DNA of 63,786 nucleotides, counting the filler, from Intoshia linei (Eukaryota > Animalia > Orthonectida): assembly GCA_001642005.1 (NCBI GenBank). It is 7 parts of 7 records of this genome, joined end to end, with 100 filler letters (N's around TTAATTAATTAA, not from the genome) between each part and the next. Parts side by side here need not be neighbours in the genome. Positions count along the whole stretch, not along the records: positions 5,897 to 14,495 come from LWCA01001441.1; positions 14,596 to 37,209 come from LWCA01000592.1; 5 more parts are not named here. The stretch is one strand, 5' to 3'. The translations under genes were made by a program, and so were the position numbers. The notes under the pieces were generated by a model that had not been told where the DNA came from, ran no database searches, and worked only from the letters and a program-made list of their open reading frames with translations. Below, piece by piece: positions 12,882 to 24,500 of this stretch. Position 1 is the stretch's first letter; each line of letters begins with the position of its first letter.

Positions 12882-14430
12882 CAGTGGTCGCTCCCTAAAT
12901 TGAACACTAACTGAAAAAAAATGGATGGTGTTCATCTTTTAGAGATTGAACACTGTTTACTCAAAAAAAGTTTAATATTGAAATATAACACATATAATAT
13001 TAACTTTTATTAAATATAACAAAATTTTATTTCCTGATTGTCGTAATAAAATTTGTTATTTTTAAGTTTCTTTCACTCTTTTCTTTAATTACAAGTTGTT
13101 TTAAATCTATAACTTTTTCTATCCCCTCAATTGTATTGTTAACGAACCAAACTTGCAATTCGTCAAGCATTTTAACCACATCATATGGAGTAAGTTCTTT
13201 TTTGAATTCATTTTCATTATTTTCATCCTGATAATCGATGCTTATAATTTCTTGTTCCTCTATCAATTCATTAATATACTCTTCTTCATTCTCACACACA
13301 TATGGATCAAATGGTAAACATTCCTCTAATGATTCATTTTCTATAGTCTGATTTGGCGTTTTTATCAAAGCATTTTCCATTGCCTTATTAAAGCTATTTT
13401 TTATTGTGTCAACAGAAACATTATTCCAGGAGTAATATATAAGACATAATACATCATATAGGGTAATTTTTTTCATCAAATCTTGATATGAAAAATCCTT
13501 ATTCTTTTTATTATTTAGTTCTAACAATATTTTATTTGACATCAACTTCTTATAACATGATTTAAATGACATAATGATGCCTTGGTCACACGGCTTAACC
13601 AATGATGTGAAGTTTGGAGGAAAATATAGTAATTCAATATTGCTAAAAACCGTATCAACAGGGTGTACTGGAGCGTTAATAAAATTATCGTTATCCGGGG
13701 TTGATAAAATTTTTCTGTTTTCATTTTCATCTTTTGATTCAAATTATCAAGCCATTTCTTAAATATTAAAAGGTTCATCCATGCTTGTGAATTATAATCA
13801 TACACCAAATTCAATGATTTAATGTTTTTGTTTTTAAACGAATGTGGAGATTTAGCCTTCCCAATGACGAAGGAGTAAGTTTTTCACCAATCATATTTGT
13901 ACAAAACAAAATCGTTATTCTTTGTTTTGAGTACTTTCCACTTGCCTTATCGTCTTCATTTAAAACAATTGTTTTATTAATAAATTCTCTCCAAAATAAT
14001 CCCGTCTCGTCACAATTATAAATATCAGAAGGACCATATTCACTAACTTTTCTTTCATAAATACTTTTAAAGTTCTTCACTAATTCTATATTTACTAATC
14101 CTGATTCTCCAACAATGCGCTTAGTTAATAATCCATAACATTTATTAATACATCTATCAAAAGCACTGAAGTCTAAAACACCATATTTTTCTTCCAGTTT
14201 CAACGCTATTTCCTTCAAATTATTGTTGCTTATTGCAAAATTTCGCTTTCTTTTATTCTGCACCCATTGGTACAGTATGTCATCAAAATCTGATGTCTTT
14301 GACAGTTTCCTCTTTCTGCCCATACTTCATACTTCTTACACATTTTTCAGCATCAATATTTATCAAAAAATCTCTTTCTTTTAGAATTCTGTTGCCTTGC
14401 TTTTCTGTCTGCCTTGGATATTCCATTAAT
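12882..14430 (-). mobile_element. Tigger/pogo (CENP-B/DDE_1) transposon with a frameshifted transposase
   Basis: Three overlapping ORFs carry an HTH region, IYNCDETGLFW, QRITILFCTN, YNSQAWM and KPCDQGIIMSFK. A TIR-like TA|CAGTGGTCGCTCCC lies at about 12882. Confidence 0.88.
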
Positions 14431-15404
14431 TGCACTGTTTCTATTGTTAACGAAGTAATGAAAATAATGGGATGCAGGACATTTCCTAGGTCGTCNNNNN
14501 NNNNNNNNNNNNNNNNNNNNNNNNNNNNNNNNNNNNNNNTTAATTAATTAANNNNNNNNNNNNNNNNNNNNNNNNNNNNNNNNNNNNNNNNNNNNATTTT
14601 ATTATAATTATAATATTTATATATTTTTATAATATATAATACTTTATTCATAATCAAATTAGTTATGATCAAGTTTATTTATAATCAAAATTATTTATAA
14701 TCTCGACATTACTGTACATATAAGTTATATGATATAACTGTAGCTAATTAAACTGTAAATTTTTAAAATTCTAGTAGTATTTTCATTTTTTAAAAAAAGG
14801 GAAATCTGAGGTTTGATCGTGAAAATGCACTTTTTTGAGTTTGCGATTAATCATAAGTTTTTTAAATTTTTATCAGATTGTGTGTTTTTTATAATTCTGG
14901 GAATCGTTTGTATTTAAAAAAAAGGATAAGTGGAGTTTTTGATCTTGAAGGATTCAATTTTCTAAAATGAAATTTGCGATAAAACATTATTCTCGATAAA
15001 AGATAATAGAAAGATGGAATTTTTAAAATTCGACCCCTCTTACTTTTTTAAATAAACTGGAATAGACAAATAATTAAACAGACATTCCTTTTTTTAAATT
15101 TTAAAAAAAATTTACCGAAACTTTAATTTTTATCGACTGCCAACCCTACAGTCACCCCATTATAATAATTTATATTATTTTACAATTAGAGTATTATAAA
15201 TTTGATGGAAAATAATTTATGACCGAGCCAATTTTCTAATCATATAACAAAAGGTTTAAATTTCAAATTGAAAATGGGACTAAAAATCAGTAAATATTCT
15301 TGATTCACTGAAACATCAACAAAGAGATATAAAATTTTAATTTTTCGCAGGGATGATAGATAATAATATAGTTACAGGATATTTAAAATAAAATATTATT
15401 TTAG

Positions 15405-16082
15405 TTAATCACACGTAGCAATTATGATCAATTGGATGATTGGTTTGACAATATTAAAAATATGCACGAATTTACTTTATATTGGTGCAAAAAATATACA
15501 AATATTGTTGAAAAACTAATTAGAGGTGAAATTGTGGATACGCTAAATTATTCTCACTTTTTACCATCAAATATATGGTTTCCATCTATATTGCACCCAA
15601 GGAAATTCCTATTTACTATAATTCAACAGTATGCCCGAGAAGAAAATTATTCCATAGTTGATATAAATATTGATTTTCAGATACTGGAAAAGACAACTAA
15701 AATAGATGAATCTATTCATCACATCTTCATAAACAAAGAAAAAAATTTAGGATTTCTTTCACATAGTTATTTTATATTTGGTTTAAAATTGTTGAATGCA
15801 TCCTGGAATATTGAAAATGATAGGTTGTGCAAGACAACTCATTCCCAATTCCAATATTTCCCTGATATTATGATTAAGCCACATTTTGTACAAAGGGAAA
15901 CAATTATTAAGGATAATATATCAATTTACAATTGCCCTTTATTCAAATCTATGCCTAAATATATTAAAATTAAGAAAAATGAAATATATAATGACTATAT
16001 TTGTACGATACCTCTACCTTATTCTACTGATAATAACAATACAAATTATTGGAGTATGATGGATGTCAAATTGTTAACTTAA
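15405..16082 (+). CDS. Dynein heavy chain C-terminal domain (last exon), divergent
   Basis: WFPSILHPRKFLFTIIQQYARE, YFIFGLKLLNASW, YNCPLFKS and YWSMMDVKLL match the Dynein_C pattern W..GF.PQ.FLT...Q..AR / GL.LEGA.W / Y.CP.Y / HW..RGVALL. AG acceptor at 15403-15404. Confidence 0.8.
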   Translation, partial: LITRSNYDQLDDWFDNIKNMHEFTLYWCKKYTNIVEKLIRGEIVDTLNYSHFLPSNIWFPSILHPRKFLFTIIQQYAREENYSIVDINIDFQILEKTTKIDESIHHIFINKEKNLGFLSHSYFIFGLKLLNASWNIENDRLCKTTHSQFQYFPDIMIKPHFVQRETIIKDNISIYNCPLFKSMPKYIKIKKNEIYNDYICTIPLPYSTDNNNTNYWSMMDVKLLT

Positions 16083-16320
16083 TAGTAAATATTATATTTC
16101 AATCTGTTATTAGTGGCTCGATTGTTTAGTACTGTGTAAGTAATCTTTTATAGCAACGAGGCGACTTTGTGAATTGAAAATTCTTGTGGACTTCTGATAA
16201 AACACCCAACCAACACGAATAAAAAATGTTATTACCCACTATTAAGTGTGATGAGTAGAGTAGACAGAAACGAGCAGTTTTTAAATAATGAAACGAGTAG
16301 TTAAATATATAAAACTACAT

Positions 16321-16650
16321 TGACTGTTATGTACTACGTACAAACAGCACCTAGCTCTGCCGAGGACACATTGTTATTATACCAAAAAAAACAAATTCAC
16401 GTTGAAAATCTAACTTAAAAATCCTACTATTAACTATTATCAATCCCATAAACAAGTGGTTCCCAAACTTGTTTCAGGTGGAACCATCATATGACATTAC
16501 TATTGAAAATCTAACTTAAAAATCCTACTATTCACTATTATCAATTCTTTAAAGGAGTCAAATTTGTTTCAGGTGGAACCATCATATCACATTACTTTTT
16601 ACTTTAAACTCAATTATTCCATCTTAATTTTTTGTTTGTTAATATTTGCG
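16321..16650 (-). mobile_element. Helitron-family 3' fragment with an internal ~100-bp tandem duplication
   Basis: Shares ttgactgttatgtactacgtacaaacag...ctagctctgccg with other copies. The block ttgaaaatctaac...acattact is repeated at about 16402 and 16503. Confidence 0.75.
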
Positions 16651-16737
16651 TAAAGAATTTTAAAAACTCGAATTTGGTATAACTGCTTCGAATTTAAACT
16701 AAAGTGATATTTATTTTATAATAAATAGAAAAAAACA

Positions 16738-19700
16738 ATGTCAAATTTAATGATTCAACCAATAGCACATATACACGGGAAAGTAATTCATGGCCTGAAA
16801 CGTGGAAGAAAATTAGGGTTTCCCACAGGTTTAATTGCATGTTATATTTAATTTTTAATGTAATTTCATAATTATCAGATAATTGATATAATGTAGCATT
16901 GCATGTTTACGTTAAATTTTTTATTATCTGCCATCAATTTGTTTTGGTAATCAAAAATAAATCATGATACTAGTCCTACAAATTAATAATCAAGTTCACA
17001 TTTACAGATTTATTAAAAATGCACATTAATGATGAACCTACGGATAAAAGAAATTTTGTGTAAACGTAAAATTCAAAATTTTTTAAAATTTTAATCATTG
17101 AATATTTTTAAATATAAATTTAATAAGTAAGGAAGAGTAAGTAATGAATGACTTAACCTTAGTTTTACTATTATTAGTTTTGATTTTATTTTGAACTGAT
17201 TTACAATCTTTTTAGCTAATGTCAACATAAAAGATATTGATCCAACCTTAAAAGAAAAAATAGAAGTGATTGTTGAAATTTTTATTATACTACAATTATA
17301 CTATAAAATATGTTCCATTATTATAATTAACTCACAATATGAATGATGAATCATCATTGATAATATGATGTTAACCATTTAGAAACATTTTGACTAAAAA
17401 ATAACCTTTTTATAATATTAAATTATTTATAATTATAAATTTATAAACAAACTTTTAAATTTTAAATAACTTTTTAATATATGCTTTTAATCAGTAAAAA
17501 ATACATTACTATGGTAATGATAAAATGTATATTTATCTATTGCATAGTTTCTCAACCGGGGTCAAGTAATTTCTCAGAGGGGTCGCAAATTTTTATAAAA
17601 TATTTAATTGTTTAGTTTTATTTTTTGAGAGGTACATTCATTTGAATGAAATTAAGGAAGAATTCTTATTTTGTAATGAACTCATTACATAAACAATTAT
17701 GACTTTTTTATTGAAGGAACATTTTTGTTGTTTATAAGGAGGTCGCAAGGTATAAAAGGTTGAGAATCACTGAACTAGTGTATATTTACCATTATAATAA
17801 TAACTAATTATATAAAATTTATTTTTTGGTATTATAGAAAACTTCAGGGCCTTATGCAGTTTGGGTACGCATTATTAATTAATTAATTAATCGTAACTTA
17901 ATTTGACAGGGTTTTTATGATTACTCGGAAAATTATTAAAATGGTTGTATTTTTGGAATGTGATTTGACAGCAAACTAAATTTAATATCTTTTAAAACTA
18001 AGCACAGGATACATAGTATTTTATGTAACAGAAACACAAATATCCATTATATTATAATTGTAATAAGATAAATATTGATATTAAATGTATTTTATTCACG
18101 TTTATATTTTAGTTTGGTGTATACTGTGGATTAGCTCAAATAGGATCCATGAATTCAATAATTTACCATGCATCGTTATTTTTTAAATAATACATTAGTT
18201 GTTACAAAAGATAAAAATGACATCCTTACTTATATAATATGCTTTGCCATATTTGTTTGTCTGTGTGTGTTACCGTTTATTTCAATAACTACCAGTCTTA
18301 GAATTTTATAAAGTCCACATTTCAATTACAGTTTTTTTTCCGGGATGTATAATAAGATAAATTTCAAACTCCCAAACTCATATCTTACGGGTCAAAAAGC
18401 CCAATTGTCTTTTTTTTCAAAATCAAACGAGTTCGAGAATTTAAAAAATATATGCGCTGATACGGATTTTAAAATCATAAATTTAAATTTAAAAAAAATA
18501 TATCTTCAGGGCCAAAACCACAAATTACCCTTTTTGTTTAATGAAAACATCCCTATAATTGAAAAAAAATTATAGATGGTACAGTTGTATCTTGTTAAGA
18601 CACAAAAAATTTCAATCTGAATAAGTGACGCTTTCACGGTCAAAAAAGTATTTTAGTATTCATATATTTTTATATTCCAAAATATTTTAGTATAACAAAA
18701 AATGTGAAATAATTAACGCTCTGAAAATTAAAAAAAAAGATTATTCTGATATAGTTATTATAAATACAAAATTTCAACCCAGAAATCAACGCATTCCGAC
18801 GAAAAATAATTTTTAATATATTATCAACCAATATTTTCCACATATTTCGATTAAAATAATTGAAAATGTAAATATGGATCCTACAGATTCAAAAAAAATG
18901 TGCATTGAACGTCTACACATTTCCAATAAAGAAATATGGGTAAAAATCTATATAATTCATTCCTTCTGAATTTTTTTCATTGCTAAGCAATTTTTAATCT
19001 CAAATTCTCAAAACCTACTAAAAATAATAATAATTGTAATAATAATGATATAAAATTAATAAGTAATAAACTACAGTACAAATTTCTAAAATAATAAATA
19101 TCATGCATTTTAAAAAATAGGCGGAGAAAATTTCAATTAAATGTATTAATTTTTGAATATTCGTGATCAGAACACAAAAACACACCTATATGCAAATATA
19201 CTTTTTGTTATTTAAAAAAGTGCACACCCTAATATGTACAAAAATATAATATTTTTAAAAGTGAAATGCCCGTTTTTTGTAACAATATTAAAAATAAATG
19301 TTATTATTTGTGTTATTGTACATCAGGATGCATTTCTCATGCTCACTTTCTAAAATTAATTGTAAAATTTAACAACCTAATGACATGTATGTAGTTACTA
19401 TTCCATGTAGAAATAGGGCCGCTAAATATTTAATTTTATTAATGATAAAGTTAGGATATCATTTGGAAAGAACGTACATTACAACAACAAAATTTCGTCT
19501 TTGGTATTATTTTAAAATAATTTTATATTCATTCTGATATTATGAGGAAATAACCCTTAAACTCCAAAATGCAATTATATGCACACTGAAATTTGAAACA
19601 AGCTTTTAAAATTAACGTTTAAATACAGGTTAACAGCAAAAAATAATACATTTTTATAATTACCAAAATTAGATTAAAAATTTTTTGCCTATTCTGACCT

Positions 19701-21162
19701 AGTGTATTATACATATTCAATTTAGGAATGCTACATTCACAATACATTTGATTTTGATTTTTACGATGAGATCTTATCCATAATATTATTGAAACATATT
19801 CGTCCCATGGTTGCATTTAGTGGAATTGGTATTTATTTAATACCTAATAAAATAATAAATGTTATTATGCAGTTAAATATATATATATTATTATTTTTTT
19901 AAAATAAAACTAATAATGTCGTAGACCAAGGTCTTGATTTATAAGTTTAATATTAATTACGGGTTACAATATATTTCATAATTGATATTGTAATTGTGTT
20001 CATTCGTCACTAAGAATGTTATATGTTGTATCTTAAGTTTATTGTTATGATTGAATCATTACTAAAACTAAATCAATATATTTAAGAATGATGGAAACAT
20101 ACTTAATTCAATAATTAAAGCTACCTATAAATTTAATTAGAAATAAAATAGTTACACAACATTCAACATTACAAATAAATTTTTTTCACAAAAAGTTTTT
20201 CACAATCTTACTGTAAACTGGGCGGGTTAGAGGGCCACATGACTCGGACCTACAATCACGAGGGGCCTACTTTTTAAATTAAATTATTAATAGGTAATGT
20301 TTAAAAATGTCTTAAGTATACCAAAATTTTGATAACCGCTGCGATTTCCAACGATTATTTTTAATTTTTATATAATAAACGATCGATTAGGCCATGCATA
20401 GAGGTCCTTATTTAAAAAAAATTTATAGGGGCCTAATGCTGGCTCTCCACGGCCTTGACCATGAGCACCAATTTTATCATATCGTGGACACAATAAAACC
20501 CGCATCTATGAGGATGAAGGCCCTGGTATTCTCAATAATACAAATTGAATTTAATTTATATTCTTTTTGTGAGTCATTCTCTAGCAAATAAAATATAAAT
20601 AAATATATATGTATTTCAATTTAAGTCAGCTACAGGAAATAATATCCAAGACTCATATTCATAGACTTAAAATGCGCGTATCACAGCGTGCAACATCGTT
20701 ATTTTCACTATTTTACATAGAATTAAATACATTAACGTATATTTACAGTTAACATTTGTTACGGCGTTACGCGCAAAAAAATATGATAACATTTAAACAT
20801 CAGTTTTTTGATGATTCTTATACATATTATGTAAATATACATATGTATAATATACAATGTACACTGTACTGCGTGTATTGTGGTTCAGCTTGCTGGATTA
20901 TTTAAGAACTAAACTTTCAGGGCAATTCTCGATCGTCAGTAAGAATACGCAGCAATAATGTTTACAATGAAAAATTATATTTATTAAATTTTATACAATA
21001 TTTTAATAATTATTATTATTAAAATTAAATATTTTAGATGCTCTCATATCACAAATTCAAACTGATACAAAGTACACAGATAACTACATTCAGAATGAAA
21101 TTAAAGTTAACATACTAGACAAAAATCATCAGACATATCTTAATAAACTATTTATTCGTTAA
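16738..21162 (+). CDS. RFK: Riboflavin kinase, 6 exons (16738-16828, 17216-17265, 18113-18174, 19455-19503, 19726-19828, 21038-21162)
   Basis: The spliced product reads GKVIHGLKRGRKLGFPTAN...FGVYCGLAQIG...ISFGKNVHYNNKISSLECYIHNTFDFDFYDEILSIILLKHIRPMVAFSGIDALISQIQTD. All introns are GT-AG and the frame is continuous. Confidence 0.9.
18223..19010 (+). mobile_element. Non-autonomous Helitron, 5' part (RFK intron)
   Basis: Begins A|TCCTTACTTATATAATA with gtttgtctgtgtgtg, like the other copies; 3' end not seen. Confidence 0.75.
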
Positions 21163-21540
21163 AAAAACTTTTTTATCAAAGTGATGATGTATCTACGGTT
21201 TATATTATTAAACTAAAAGAATATATTTCTAATCGAAATGATCAATAATTCAAACTATTAAGATAACAGCGTTAACATTTTCTAATAAATAAGCTCCAAA
21301 TTAGTCAAAATATAAATATGAAACATGACAAGAAGATAATAAAATTGAAATTGGATAATTTTTTATTAACCATGATAAAGGTCATGTATTACAATAGAAA
21401 ACATTAAAAAAGTCTATTTTTAGTAAATTTATTATCAGCGAAAATAATTATTATCGACTTAGCATGTATTGTTAATACATTGTATATATTATATAACAAT
21501 ATAATTATATCAGAAAAACAATAAAAACAAGATTTATGAT

Positions 21541-24500
21541 TTAATTCGTTTCAATTAAAATATATGTCTTTGCATGTATTCTGTAAATAGTAATTCCAAT
21601 AATAATCAATGCCACAACAAGTATAAACATAGATATGAACATCATAATAACGTAATCCATGTAACCTATATGGAATAAAAATAAATTATACATTTCATTT
21701 TAAAATTAAAAAAATTAAATCTCAAAAAGATATCACACTTTTTGAAATTTTTTTAATTATGATGGTGTTTATCCCAAAAACCAGTAACATTTAAAAATTA
21801 TAGCTTCTTGTTCATTTCATTTAAATTTATTACGGAATTATTTTCGGATATTATTTTGGAACTATTGTTATCCAAATTTATTCATTGTTTAGTGTACACA
21901 TTTTTCACAAAATATTTACATAATTATAGGGAATTGTCGAATAAAAAAATTAATTGCACCAATTATTATTATAATAATATTACTGAATCCCTCATCTTTA
22001 TTGCAATATTTTTCCAAATCGTTATTCATTTTTTTTTTATTTAATTTTTTGAAATCTTTATAGGAACAAGGTTGACTGCATCCTAAAAGTACATCATTAA
22101 TATACAGCATATATCTTAAATTTTTTATTATACATATTAAAATTGTATGTATAATAACACAGTCCAACAAAATAACTTTTTTAATGCGAGAGTAAAATTT
22201 AGTGCACTTGGAAGAGATTTTTATTCTAAACAAGATGGTATAATCAGTTTTTCTGTATCATGTTCAGATTTTTTTTAATATAGTTCGATAAGGTGCCTAA
22301 AATGGGCATATTTGAAGGTCAATAGAAATGTTAAATATTATTATAAATTATATAAATTATTATATATGATTAAAAAGAGAAAATCTTTGACACATCAGAA
22401 AAACTATAATTACTAATTATAGAACAAATTAGAGTACTCTGGTCATTAATAATAATGAATTCCATCATATGTTGCGTAATAAAGATTTTACTAGATTTAT
22501 GACATGTAAATATTTTCATCCAATATAATTTGGTAGCATTACATTATATGACATTTCTCAAAAATAATAATATTTCTGATTAAACAAAATATAATATGAC
22601 GTTCATGAATATATTATCTATGTATGATGTTACATATAATACATAGTTAGCGTTTCTAATTGTCTTTAAGATGGCTTTAAAAACCCCCTATTTTGGACAT
22701 TTTTGCAACTTTAACCTCAATTAAAAACAATCTCGACGTGATTGAAAAATAATATTGGTATTACGTTGACCAGCTCATTGAGACGAAAAAGATGTATTCA
22801 TCATCTTGCATTTTTTTTTGGTGTTGAACTGTGTAATCATTCAGAATTTATAAAATTTCTATAAGTTCAACATCTACAGTATTTTACTTTTTTACTCTGT
22901 AGTAAGGATAACTATAAAAACGGCACACATTAATTAATTATTATTACGTACTTATACATTATTATAATTATGTCTCACTTAGGACTTACATACATATGTA
23001 TTGTACGAATCTATTTTTGTTATTTCTGTATTGTGATATTTTTAATGTACCGTTTTCTTTTGTGTCGTTTTTACCGTAAATCCCACTAAGTGATCATCTA
23101 AAACGGCACGTATAAAAATCGTACCAATCTATCTAATCTTTATACTTCTCAAAAGTCACCACTCTAAAAAAATATGCAGTTATTATATTGAAATTATAAA
23201 TAAATCAAAATTCTGGCTAATCGAATATTATTTTAATATTTGAGGCAATGGTAAAATCAATAAAGATACATCCTATATTGAATATGTTAATATGGTGAAA
23301 GGGTGCACTTATTATATAAAAAATTTTTCACATCCCTAATATACTTATTTATAATGAATTTACCAGGTATGAATAATTCTCTGGGTACATTATTATCATA
23401 ATTTGTATTTCTATAAAAGAATTTTATTTTAACATCATGAAGATTATTTTCATTTGTTTCATCCATAATTTCAACAAGTTCGATCATTAGTGAAGCTCCA
23501 TAATTTGGGATATCTTCATATATTCCTAATGCAGACATAATAATAATTAATGTTTCTTCGTTCTAAATATATCATAATTACTTGATGCACATCAAAATTT
23601 GCAATATCGATAAAAAAATAAAAAACATATTTATGGAAACAATTTTTAGTTATTCTTTCACTTACATCAGTAAAACATAAATAATCGAATTAAAATTAAA
23701 TAATAATAATATTTAATTAAGGCGTGCATTTATCGCGTCAGTATTTTTCTTATTGATTTGTCAGTGATGGTGATGGTTTGTCAGTAGAAACATTGATTTT
23801 TCAGTATTGTAAATGGTTTGTCAGTATTTTAGGTGCCAATTGACAAGGTGTCAGTATAAATAATTGATTGGCAGTATTTAAATTGAAAGGGCAGCAAAAA
23901 AAATTATTTTGTCAGTACTTTACATATACTGTCAGTATTTAAATTGAATGTTCTGTATAAAATGAAACTGACAAAAAATTTTATTTCATACGTGTCAACT
24001 TTGAAAAACGTTAAAACCCTGTTCTCAAATCTAGATAAATTTATTAATTTTGAATTTACTGCAGAAAACAAATGCATTTTCAAATCATTATAATCTTGTA
24101 AAAAGTTGTCGAATATTTGAATAATTTTCTTGATAAAGTTTCCTAATTAAATTACATAATTAAGTTAAAAAGATAATTTAATATAAAATTACCTCCATAA
24201 TGCTTTTTAATAAGAGCATTAGTGTAATAGTGTAAATAACTCTCCTGACTTGCCTGATTAATTGCATCCAGCAAGTCTATATTGTTGTACTATCTTTTTA
24301 AATTATAATTTTTTTATTTGTAATCACTCAATAATTGTCGTATTTCAAAACGGAGACACAATTTAACTTTAAACTGAACTTTCAATTGATATCAATAACA
24401 TTTACGAATCACATAAATTATTATAAATAAAACTACGTCATTTAAAACAACTCAAATAATGTTATACTTATTAAAATTAATTTATTTATACACCATGATA

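Noticed and set aside
13027-14323. Programmed frameshifting in the Tigger transposase
   Set aside because: Multiple independent frameshifts plus missing conserved segments indicate decay.
17838-17864. 27-nt AG/GT-bounded in-frame cassette exon (KTSGPYAVW) in RFK intron 2
   Set aside because: RFK aligns without it, such sites arise by chance, and there is no transcript evidence.
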